Shown here piece after piece: positions 29,110-37,914 of a stretch of 55,572 nt of DNA. The position numbers and the translations under genes are program-made. The stretch is from an uncultured bacterium (lineage in GTDB: Bacteria; CSSED10-310; CAZUFC01), in assembly GCA_964619725.1 (NCBI GenBank), contig CAZUFC010000050.1, positions 1-55,572 of the forward strand, given 5' to 3'. Numbering within the stretch: the stretch's first letter is position 1; each line of letters starts with the position of its first letter. The notes beneath the pieces are model-generated. The model had not been told where the DNA came from. It made no database searches and saw nothing but the letters and a program-made list of their open reading frames with translations.

Positions 29110-29271
29110 GGGACTGATCAAACAGGGGTCACACTTTTTGGAAAACTTTTGACGGTTTGTTTCAGTAATCGGGGTCGGTATCAGGATCCGCATCGCAATC
29201 GAAACAAAATGATGGGATATTCGGATATGCTGTCGAATTATAACCTCAAATTCCTATTTTTGATCAATGCC
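29110..29271 (-). repeat. Dispersed ~160 bp repeat, copy A (inverted relative to copy B)
   Basis: Reverse complement aligns to 37594-37748, with exact blocks of 23 and 27 nt. Confidence 0.85.
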
Positions 29272-29422
29272 GGCATTTTTTTTTCGTTTTCGTATTTTTC
29301 TATTGAAATTTTTCTTTTTTATTCATAATCTTTTTCAGATATCTTTGAAAGCGCTCAATATTTTCACGCTTTCTTCGTTTTCTCTGTGACAACTGTTAAT
29401 GCTTTGAATTCCAGAACATCCT

Positions 29423-31516
29423 ATGCGAAAGAAAAAAACAGGCTTGTCTCTCTCTCTCGCTCTTGCAATTGCCAGCAGCATTATTGCGGTTTTTTTTCTG
29501 GAACACCCGAAATTCAGCGGTCGCGGGTGGGTGAGACGAGAAATGACTTCAGATGGCATAATGTTGCCGCCGCGCATTGATTACGCCTTGGATTTCAACA
29601 GCGCTTCCCCGGGAAAATCGGGGTTCCGAGAAGAGCCGTTCAGCGTTGAGTGGACAGGATACATTTCTGTACCGATACCTGACAATTATGAATTTACGGT
29701 TATTTCTGATGACGGCTCACAATTATTGATAGATGATCACCTCGTAGTTGACAATAAAGGCATTCACCCTCCCAGGCTCGCTGAGGGCAAAGTTTTTCTG
29801 GAACCTGGCGAGCACAGAATACAGGTTCGATATTTCAACGAATCGTTTCAAGCTTTTTTACAGGTTTTCACCAGGCTTGACGGACGATTGCGGTTATTGG
29901 ATCACCATCGGGTAAGAACTGAACGGCGGCCGAATGCGTTCAGCAGATTCCTGAGTGATTTTCTTTTTGCGGCTGAATATTATTTCTATCTGGTTCTCCC
30001 CTTCCTGATGTTGTTGCCGACGGTCCTATTATTTATAATTTTCAGTGCAACTCACTTGAGACTCAAAAGCGCTCTGCCCGTAATTGCATTTTTTTGCCTT
30101 TTCTTCGTATTCATTTCCTCGCCTCGAATCGTTTCCGACGGATACGGTTATTTTTCCTATCTGAGATCAATCATATTCGACCGGAATATGGAATTCTCCA
30201 ATGAGTTTTCTCACGAAGGAGAGGGATTCAATTATAATCTTTCGCAACTTCTGCAGCAGAAAACCGAGACGGGCCGTACGCCGAACTATTGGTCCGTCGG
30301 TCCCGCATTGTTATGGGCGCCTTTTTACCTCGCTTCCCTGATAATAAGCGGTATAAATCATTTGAGCAGTCCCGGCTTCCGCTTTTCGGGTTATACTGTT
30401 TTTGAAGTTACTGCAGTCGGCTTCGCTTCTTCATTTTGGGGATTGGCTGCGGTCCTCCTGGCCTATTTCTTTACGAAGCGCTTTTTTGATAACCGTACGA
30501 CGCTGTTCGCCTCTCTGGTCTGCTGGACCGGCACAACACTTTTTTATTTCACGTTCTTTGAAACCTCTTTCGCTCATGCCCCCGCTGCTTTCGCCGTCAG
30601 TCTCTACTTTTTCACCTGGTATAAATTTCGACGAACTTCTGACCTCCGCCATTGGTTCATCATAGGTTTCACGGGCGGATTGATGGTTCTCGTCTATTGG
30701 CAGAACGCACTGTTCCTGTCCGCCGCAGGATTAGACCTCATTTATCTAGCATTTGTTAATCGAAAAAATTCTCTGCCATTCAGAACTGTTTTATGGAACT
30801 TTTTTACCCGCCTCACAGCTTTTTCCGCCGCTGTTTTTCTCGCCGCCTCACCCCAACTGCTGGTATGGAAAATCCTGTTCAACCGCTTCTTGTTCATTCC
30901 TCAAGGCAAAAACTTCGTATGGAACGTTCCGAACAATTTAATAAGACTCCTTGCCGCTCCTCATCACGGCTTGTTTACCTGGACCCCGATTACTTTCCTG
31001 GCGTTAACCGGTTGGTTCTCCCTCAGGAAAAAACTCGGTTCCGCGTGGTATTTCATGTCGACGGGGCTTTTCCTTTTCTATCTGCATAATGCCATGGTTT
31101 CCGACTGGTACGGCGGAGGAGCTTTCGGCATGCGGCGCTTTACCAACATATTCATTTTTTTTGTTCCGGGAATGGCCGCTTTTTATGAAAGATACGGGAA
31201 ACGCCTTGCCTGCAAAATACTTATACCGGCATCGGTCATTTACGCCTGGATCGTCATGGCGTGTTACAGACTTAATATTATCGGCATTACCTCTAATTAC
31301 AGAGAACTCCTCAGCAGCCTCTCTCAAATCTCGCCTCAAAAATTTACCGAAGCGTTCTTCCCTTCGACATATTACAAGTATTTTATGATGCTCCTGAATC
31401 ACAATGAAAAGCAAGCCCTAGCGCTTTTCATGGGATTCTATCTATTAATGTTCACTCTTGCTGCGATCATTTTAAAACTGCTCAGCCGACATTTCTTTAC
31501 AGCCGAAATGGACTGA
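29423..31516 (+). CDS. PA14 domain fused to a GT-C-type polytopic membrane glycosyltransferase
   Basis: FSVEWTGYI and SDDGSQLLIDDHLVVDN (PA14); SDGYGYFSYLRS, GPALLWAPF and WYGGGAFGMRRF (GT-C-like); 3' end overlaps convergent yhhQ by 20 nt. Confidence 0.8.
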   Translation: MRKKKTGLSLSLALAIASSIIAVFFLEHPKFSGRGWVRREMTSDGIMLPPRIDYALDFNSASPGKSGFREEPFSVEWTGYISVPIPDNYEFTVISDDGSQLLIDDHLVVDNKGIHPPRLAEGKVFLEPGEHRIQVRYFNESFQAFLQVFTRLDGRLRLLDHHRVRTERRPNAFSRFLSDFLFAAEYYFYLVLPFLMLLPTVLLFIIFSATHLRLKSALPVIAFFCLFFVFISSPRIVSDGYGYFSYLRSIIFDRNMEFSNEFSHEGEGFNYNLSQLLQQKTETGRTPNYWSVGPALLWAPFYLASLIISGINHLSSPGFRFSGYTVFEVTAVGFASSFWGLAAVLLAYFFTKRFFDNRTTLFASLVCWTGTTLFYFTFFETSFAHAPAAFAVSLYFFTWYKFRRTSDLRHWFIIGFTGGLMVLVYWQNALFLSAAGLDLIYLAFVNRKNSLPFRTVLWNFFTRLTAFSAAVFLAASPQLLVWKILFNRFLFIPQGKNFVWNVPNNLIRLLAAPHHGLFTWTPITFLALTGWFSLRKKLGSAWYFMSTGLFLFYLHNAMVSDWYGGGAFGMRRFTNIFIFFVPGMAAFYERYGKRLACKILIPASVIYAWIVMACYRLNIIGITSNYRELLSSLSQISPQKFTEAFFPSTYYKYFMMLLNHNEKQALALFMGFYLLMFTLAAIILKLLSRHFFTAEMD

Positions 31517-32192
31517 AACTGGTCTGATAATCAAAAGCATCAATCCGCTCTTTGTTTTTAAGAAAATTAACGATAAGGTAAGTCACCGGCGTGGCCGCAG
31601 CTTCATAGAATGTTTTGAAAAGCCACTGGTTCAATATGGCTGCGAGAATCCCTGCAGCAGGTATTACGCCCCAGAATGCTACGATGATAAAGATCAGCGA
31701 ATCCAGTCCCTGGCCGACAACCGTTGAACCTATGGTTCTGAGCCAAAGCTTCCGTCCTTTCGTCATAATTTTCAATTTAGCCAGAACGAAGGAATTGGCG
31801 AATTCTCCCGCCAGATATGCGGCAAAGGATGCCAGCAGCAGACGCGGCGTGAAGCCCAGAATTCTTTCATAGGCTGCCTGGGCATCCCAGAATCCGGCCC
31901 CGGGAATAATCTGCGCTGACTTAATCGCCAGGACGGCCAGCAGATTACACCCGAATCCCAGCCAGATGACGCGTCTCGCCTGGCCGTATCCGTAGACTTC
32001 AGTCAATATGTCGCCGAAGATGTAACTGACAGGAAAAATAATGACCCCGGCAGGCAGGATTAATCCGAAAATCGTAACCATTTTTACCGCAATTATATTG
32101 GCTGTAATCAAACTCGTAATGAACACGGCCGCAACGGCCAGAAACAGGAAAGAGTATTTCGTTTCAGTTTTAGCCTCTGCTTTTCTTTTCAT
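31497..32192 (-). CDS. yhhQ: Queuosine precursor transporter (VUT family)
   Basis: ANIIAVK, FPVSYIFGDILTEVYG, ASFAAYLAGE and WLRTIGSTVVGQGLDS motifs. Confidence 0.92.
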   Translation of the reverse strand: MKRKAEAKTETKYSFLFLAVAAVFITSLITANIIAVKMVTIFGLILPAGVIIFPVSYIFGDILTEVYGYGQARRVIWLGFGCNLLAVLAIKSAQIIPGAGFWDAQAAYERILGFTPRLLLASFAAYLAGEFANSFVLAKLKIMTKGRKLWLRTIGSTVVGQGLDSLIFIIVAFWGVIPAAGILAAILNQWLFKTFYEAAATPVTYLIVNFLKNKERIDAFDYQTSFSPFRL

Positions 32193-32383
32193 TATGCTGA
32201 CATTCCTTTCGATCCTCACGGAGCATCATCAAGCCGCATTCAGACTCTGGCGCTTCCGGGTTCGCCAATTTAGCAGAAGCCGGCAAGAATTCAAAAGGAA
32301 ATTTTGCAGTTTGACTTTTAATGCGATCATTTTTTATTCTGCCTGTTGTTTGCGGAACGATTAATCCGCTTGAGTTTAAAAAG

Positions 32384-33445
32384 ATGAAAATCAAAAACAC
32401 GTCCACTGAAAATGGAATCATTCGTGAACTCAATCAGGCGCCGCTTGATCCTGACGAACGGCAAGGAGCTGAGAGGGCTGCCGAAAAGTATGAATTTCTA
32501 ATAACGAAGCACGTGATGAATTTGATAAACTGGAATGATCCGAATGACCCGTTGAAACTTCAATTCGTGCCTGATGAGAGGGAGCTGGAACGACTGGAAG
32601 GCGAGAAATCCGACCCTGTAGGCGATACAAATAAAAGCCCTATGAGGGGGTTGGTACATCGGTACAGCGACAGGGTATTGCTGCTTCCGACGCTCCGCTG
32701 CTCCGTGCGTTGCCGTTTTTGTTTCAGGAAAAGCGCTTTCAGCTCATCCGGGGGAGATTTGAAACGCGAGGAATTAAAGGCCGCATTTGAATATGTAGCA
32801 TCCGACGATGAAATAAAGGAGGTCATATTAACGGGAGGCGACCCGCTCATGTGTTCAAACCGGGACATTAGTTACATCGTTGAGAATTTAAATGAGATAC
32901 GAAATTTAGATGCCGTCCGGATACATACTCGCATGCCGGCGACTGCACCGGCGAGGATCGACCGTAATTTAATCGAATTGCTGAAGATCGATAAAAGGAT
33001 TTGTGTTGTAATACATTGCAATCATTCGAAGGAAATTTCACCGGAGATGATCGAAGTTTGCCGCAGGATGCGTGAAGCAGGATTTGTTCTTTTCACTCAA
33101 TCAGTTTTGCTCAAAGGCGTAAATAATGATCCTGCCGTTCTGCGGGAGTTATTCCGGAAAGCCTTATATTCATTGGGCGCGAGGCCTTATTATCTTCATC
33201 ATTGCGACCTGGCGGAAGGAACGTGGCGTTTCCGAACTTCCATAGAAGAAGGAATGCATTTGATGAGCCGCTTGAGAGAACACATATCCGGAACATGCGT
33301 GCCCGCCTACGTGCTGGATTTGCCTGAAGGCCGGGGCAAAACTCCTCTGAACAGCTCGCATGCAATGAAAAAAGCGGAACAGAAGTGGATGTTCAAAACT
33401 CGCTGCGGACAAACCGTTACTTACGTTGAATCTTTGAAAATTTAG
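32384..33445 (+). CDS. KamA-family radical SAM protein (lysine 2,3-aminomutase/EpmB-like)
   Basis: HRYSDRVLL, CSVRCRFCFRK, LTGGDPL, QSVLLKGVN, PYYLHHCD, GRGK (PLP Lys). Confidence 0.9.
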   Translation: MKIKNTSTENGIIRELNQAPLDPDERQGAERAAEKYEFLITKHVMNLINWNDPNDPLKLQFVPDERELERLEGEKSDPVGDTNKSPMRGLVHRYSDRVLLLPTLRCSVRCRFCFRKSAFSSSGGDLKREELKAAFEYVASDDEIKEVILTGGDPLMCSNRDISYIVENLNEIRNLDAVRIHTRMPATAPARIDRNLIELLKIDKRICVVIHCNHSKEISPEMIEVCRRMREAGFVLFTQSVLLKGVNNDPAVLRELFRKALYSLGARPYYLHHCDLAEGTWRFRTSIEEGMHLMSRLREHISGTCVPAYVLDLPEGRGKTPLNSSHAMKKAEQKWMFKTRCGQTVTYVESLKI

Positions 33446-33583
33446 CGGCCATTCTTGAAAACAGAGTTCTTTTATAGTAAGTAATTAATGGAATAATGGG
33501 CATTCGAATGATTTAATGCTCAAATTCGATTTCACCTCTTAATCCAGAGGTAAAGGGTTATTCATCCCATAAAAGGAGAAAAA

Positions 33584-36500
33584 ATGAAAAAGGCTGTCCC
33601 TGTTGTAATATTTTTATGGGCGGTTGCACTGACTGCCGGTTCCGTTTCGTCAACCGATCACATTCAGATGAATGATGGGCAGAATTGGCGATTTATGGCC
33701 AAAGTAGATCAGTATGTTCTGGATGAACTGGATGCTTTGGGTCAGGCAGATTTTTTTATTGTATTAAAGGAGCAGGCTGATTTTTCAGGCGCTGCATTCC
33801 TGAAGGACAAAAAGGCGAAAGGACGTTTCGTATATGAAAAGCTTTTGTCTGTATCGGAACGGACTCAGGAGGAATTAAGGAAATATCTGAGGGAGAGGAA
33901 TGCCGATTACAGGCCGTATATCATTCAGAATATGATATTAGTTAGGGACGGGGATTATGAGCTGTTAAGCGAGATTTGCCGTCGTAAGGACGTAGCGGAA
34001 ATCAGGGGCAATCGTCCATACGAAGGATTGCAGGAACAGCGTCACGCTTACAGGGATAATGTCGGCAAAGGCATTGAATGGAGCATACTGCACATAAATG
34101 CGGATGCGATATGGGATGAAGGATACACGGGCGAAGGAATCGTTGTGGCGAATCTGGACACGGGAGTGCAATGGGACCATCCGGCCTTAATCAATCAGTA
34201 TAGAGGATGGAACGGTTCCGAAGCGGACCATGATTACAATTGGCACGCGTGCAGCACGAACTACACATGTCCTGATGCATCCGTTCCATGCGATGATTAC
34301 GGGCATGGAACGCATACGATGGGTACCATGGTAGGCGACGACGGCGGTACGAACCAGATAGGCGTAGCCCCGGATGCGCAATGGATCGCCTGCGGACACC
34401 TTGAAGGCGAAGCGGAATTTCACGAATGTTTTGAATGGTTTCTGGCGCCCTATCCTTACGGTCAGGGGCCGGGACAGGGATTGCCTGCAATGGCGCCGGA
34501 TATCGTGAATAATTCCTGGGGATGGCCATACTACGGTGGAGATTATCAGTATGCGCCCGACATAGACGCGCTGCAGGCAGCGGGAGTTTTCATGGAATTT
34601 TCAGCAGGCAATGAAGGCGATTCCTGCCAGACTTTACGTTCGCCCGGAGATTATGCCCAGGTTCTGACCACAGGCGCCAGCGATTCACAGGACAGGATAG
34701 TCAGCACGAGCTGGGAGTATTGGGGATCGAGTCGAGGGCCGTCTCATCCGAACATTCCCGGAGCCCCAGACTTCATCAAGCCTGAACTGGCGGCGCCGGG
34801 ACATGATATCCGTTCGTGCATACCCGGAAATGGATATGAAGGCGGCTGGGGCGGAACGTCAATGGCCGGTCCTCACACATGCGGCGTCATCGCCCTGCTG
34901 TGGTCAGCGGCGCCTCATCTGATAGGCGATATCGAGACCACGCGCAACATCATTATTGATTCGCTCTATACGGATCCGGACGGACAATATCCGGGAGCCG
35001 GCTACTGGAACCAGACCTGCAACGGAATCAACGCCTATGACACGGTACCTAATCATGTCTGGGGCTGGGGACTGCTTGATGCCTGGGCAGCTTTTCAGAT
35101 GCTCTCCGGAGTCGCTATGGACAAAGATGCCTACATGCTTGAAGACGTCATTGAAATAAAAGTTTTAGACCGTGAATCCAGCGGCTCGGTTGAAGTAATC
35201 ATTTACAGCACGACGGAATCCGCTCCGGAAACGGTCGTTTGCAATGAAGAAGAAACCGGTAATTTCGTCGGAACAATAAATTGCTCCAATATACCGCCTT
35301 CAAGCGGAGACGGAATACTGTCCGTTAACCACAATGATGAGATTTTCTGTTATTATGAAGAACTGGATATGGATGATACCGCAATGGCGGACGGTATGGC
35401 GCCCGCCATTTCCGGTGTTGGAACAGAAGAAGTTACGGAAGCGACAGCCGAAATCGCCTGGACTACCGACGAACCCGCTACATCCGTCGTCCATTACGGA
35501 ATAGGCGCGCCGTTGATGATTCAAGCGAACGAGACATTGACCGAAGAACACTCTGTTTTGCTGGAAGGGCTGACGGATTGTTCGCTCTACGTTTTTTATG
35601 TGGAAAGTTCTGACGCCGCAGGCAACCTTGCCGTTGAGGACAATGGAGGCGATTATTTCACATTCCTGACAGATGAACTGAATATAGTCTTCTATGAATC
35701 GATGGATACGAATCCCGACTGGGAGACGGAAGGAGACTGGGAATGGGGTCAGCCCACTGGTCAGGGCGGCTCTTACGGATCGCCTGATCCCGACAGCGGA
35801 TACGACGGCGATAACGTCTACGGTTATAACCTTAACGGAGATTACCCGAACAACATGAGTTCGACGAGATACTTGACCACGCCTTTAATCGACTGTTCCG
35901 AAGCGGTTGAAGTTCGCTTGACCTTTCAGAGATGGCTGGGTCTGGAACGGAATTACTACGATAAAGGATATATCGATATCAGCACGAACGGCGGCTCTTC
36001 CTGGTCAAATGTCTGGACCAACGATGAGACGCTGGACGGCGGCTCCTGGGAATTGATGGAATATGACCTGACAAGTTGGGCCGCTTATCAGTCATCCGTG
36101 AAAATCAGATGGGGCATAGGCCCTACGGATTCCGGGTGGACATACTGCGGGTGGAACATTGATGAGGTCATGGTTTCCTATACGTCACCCTGCGAGCCGC
36201 CCACCGCTACGCCTACTTTAACGCCCACCTGCTCCCCAACCGATACGCCCACATTAACGCCCACAGTAACCCCCACATTAACCCCCACATTCACTATCCC
36301 ACCGTCACCCACAGAAATCGATACTCCGACCTGGCCGCCAACTGCGCCGCCTACCGAAATCCCGACTCTGCCGCCGACTACCCCCACTCCCGTTACGGAA
36401 CTGGGAGTAAGGCTGGAAATGCCGAAAGAGATGTACCATGCAGGCGATGAATGTTACCTGAAAGCCGATCTCACTAATCCCGGATCACCGCTGACGGCAG

Positions 36501-36745
36501 TCCCCCTCTTCGTCATTCTCGACGTCTACCAGGTTTATTTCTACTACCCCGATTGGACCGATTTGCCCGGCTATGCCTTCCACGACATCCCAAACGGCGT
36601 CACGACTCTTTCCGTCATCGATTCATTTACCTGGCCTGAAAATGCCGGAGAAGCTCAAAACATTATATTCTGGGCGGCAATGACTAATCCGCAATTATCC
36701 GAAATATTGGGAAATATGGACTCATTCACTTTCGGATGGGAGTAA
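33584..36745 (+). CDS. Secreted S8 (subtilisin/bacillopeptidase F-like) protease + Ig-like/FN3 + jelly-roll domain + PT linker + conserved CTD
   Basis: Signal peptide; catalytic triad LDTGV, HGTHTMGT, GTSMAGPH; AAGGAG RBS. Confidence 0.93.
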   Translation: MKKAVPVVIFLWAVALTAGSVSSTDHIQMNDGQNWRFMAKVDQYVLDELDALGQADFFIVLKEQADFSGAAFLKDKKAKGRFVYEKLLSVSERTQEELRKYLRERNADYRPYIIQNMILVRDGDYELLSEICRRKDVAEIRGNRPYEGLQEQRHAYRDNVGKGIEWSILHINADAIWDEGYTGEGIVVANLDTGVQWDHPALINQYRGWNGSEADHDYNWHACSTNYTCPDASVPCDDYGHGTHTMGTMVGDDGGTNQIGVAPDAQWIACGHLEGEAEFHECFEWFLAPYPYGQGPGQGLPAMAPDIVNNSWGWPYYGGDYQYAPDIDALQAAGVFMEFSAGNEGDSCQTLRSPGDYAQVLTTGASDSQDRIVSTSWEYWGSSRGPSHPNIPGAPDFIKPELAAPGHDIRSCIPGNGYEGGWGGTSMAGPHTCGVIALLWSAAPHLIGDIETTRNIIIDSLYTDPDGQYPGAGYWNQTCNGINAYDTVPNHVWGWGLLDAWAAFQMLSGVAMDKDAYMLEDVIEIKVLDRESSGSVEVIIYSTTESAPETVVCNEEETGNFVGTINCSNIPPSSGDGILSVNHNDEIFCYYEELDMDDTAMADGMAPAISGVGTEEVTEATAEIAWTTDEPATSVVHYGIGAPLMIQANETLTEEHSVLLEGLTDCSLYVFYVESSDAAGNLAVEDNGGDYFTFLTDELNIVFYESMDTNPDWETEGDWEWGQPTGQGGSYGSPDPDSGYDGDNVYGYNLNGDYPNNMSSTRYLTTPLIDCSEAVEVRLTFQRWLGLERNYYDKGYIDISTNGGSSWSNVWTNDETLDGGSWELMEYDLTSWAAYQSSVKIRWGIGPTDSGWTYCGWNIDEVMVSYTSPCEPPTATPTLTPTCSPTDTPTLTPTVTPTLTPTFTIPPSPTEIDTPTWPPTAPPTEIPTLPPTTPTPVTELGVRLEMPKEMYHAGDECYLKADLTNPGSPLTAVPLFVILDVYQVYFYYPDWTDLPGYAFHDIPNGVTTLSVIDSFTWPENAGEAQNIIFWAAMTNPQLSEILGNMDSFTFGWE

Positions 36746-37141
36746 AATAACCATACTGGATGCCGGTTGCCGAATACCGGATAATTTTTACCCCTGCAGA
36801 AGGGAATGCCGAATATCGCAGGCTGTCAGCCGATGTTGAATTTTCTGCACTCGTATTTCATCTGCAGGTTACTGTCATTATAATTCGCTTTTTCACGAGA
36901 TTCACGGTTGATTTCCGATTCGGCGCTCCCGGCATAACGATGATTAGAGTGTTTTGAAGATATCCGGTGTTTTGCGGAGAGCTCCGATCTCATTCTAACT
37001 TGTAACAAGCGAACTGCCGGCGGTCGATTAAACGTTGTCTTTTTTTCCAGGTTTAAGTATTGTGTTTTACTCGAAAAACTTTGAACCTTTTCGATTTAAG
37101 TATCGTTGATCTTTTCATTTGCTCCCTCGACGGGATGAATA

Positions 37142-37480
37142 ATGATCCGAGAATCAAAAACCAATTCGGGTTACGCTACACTGGCGGGCAGTTTACTCAT
37201 CGCCCTCGGTCTACTCACAGCCTTGTGGGCAGCAAGCACAGTATTCAGTATAATCAATGATCCTCAAAAGATCAGCGTATTCAACGAAATTATCCCGGAT
37301 AATCCCGAAGTCAGGGAAATAATCGTGCAAAACACCAGGATTATTCTTCCAGAAATTCTATTTTATTCCATGGCCTACGGCGTATTCATTCTTTTGCTGT
37401 TCGTGATGACCGCAATCGCCAAGCTTTTCATCACCAACGGCGTAACTCTCGTACTGGACGGCCGGAACAAACGTAAATAA
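37142..37480 (+). CDS. Small two-TM membrane protein, hypothetical
   Basis: 112 aa with two long hydrophobic segments and a basic C-terminus. Confidence 0.65.
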   Translation: MIRESKTNSGYATLAGSLLIALGLLTALWAASTVFSIINDPQKISVFNEIIPDNPEVREIIVQNTRIILPEILFYSMAYGVFILLLFVMTAIAKLFITNGVTLVLDGRNKRK

Positions 37481-37593
37481 GCCTTTCCCTAAAACAATTA
37501 AGACTTAAGCAACGGCTTTTATGCAAATAATTCGTTTGGACCCTGGTTCCCGGTCTTTATTTCCCTTTCTGAATATGACCATGCCGATATTTT

Positions 37594-37748
37594 GGCATTG
37601 ATCAAAAAAGCGTCTTTTGAGGTTACAATTCGTAAGAATTGCTCATCATTTTGTTTCGATTGCGATTGCGATACCGATCCCGACCCCGATTACTGAAACA
37701 AACCGTAAAAAGTATTGAAAAAAGTGTAACCCCGATCTGATCAGTCCC
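37594..37748 (+). repeat. Dispersed ~155 bp repeat, copy B
   Basis: Contains CATCATTTTGTTTCGATTGCGAT and CCGACCCCGATTACTGAAACAAACCGT, identical to the reverse complement of copy A. Confidence 0.85.
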
Positions 37749-37822
37749 GATATTTTAAACATTTCCGGTTTTATCCGAAAGGCAATACCCTTTTTCTTGT
37801 TGGCTGGTTCGCCCATGCGCAT

Positions 37823-37863
37823 AAAAGAAAACCCCGGATGCTTCATGGAAGCGGTATCCGGGG
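37823..37863 (-). terminator. Rho-independent terminator after the lamin-tail-domain gene
   Basis: Stem CCCCGGAT-GCTTC/GAAGC-(GGT)-ATCCGGGG followed by TTTTCTTTT on the minus strand, about 50 nt past the stop. Confidence 0.7.
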
Positions 37864-37914
37864 CATATCGTTCGATCAGGGGCTTTTCAGGTCCCTGATG
37901 CTTTGCTTATATTG

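Noticed and set aside
28966-29193. Small ORFs 28966-29193 and 37646-37846 (IPTPITET / VGIGIAIAIE)
   Set aside because: They read opposite strands of the same dispersed non-coding repeat, so neither is a conserved protein
32384-33445. Assigning kamA or epmB specifically
   Set aside because: No epmA/efp or lysine fermentation genes nearby, so the substrate cannot be determined from the window
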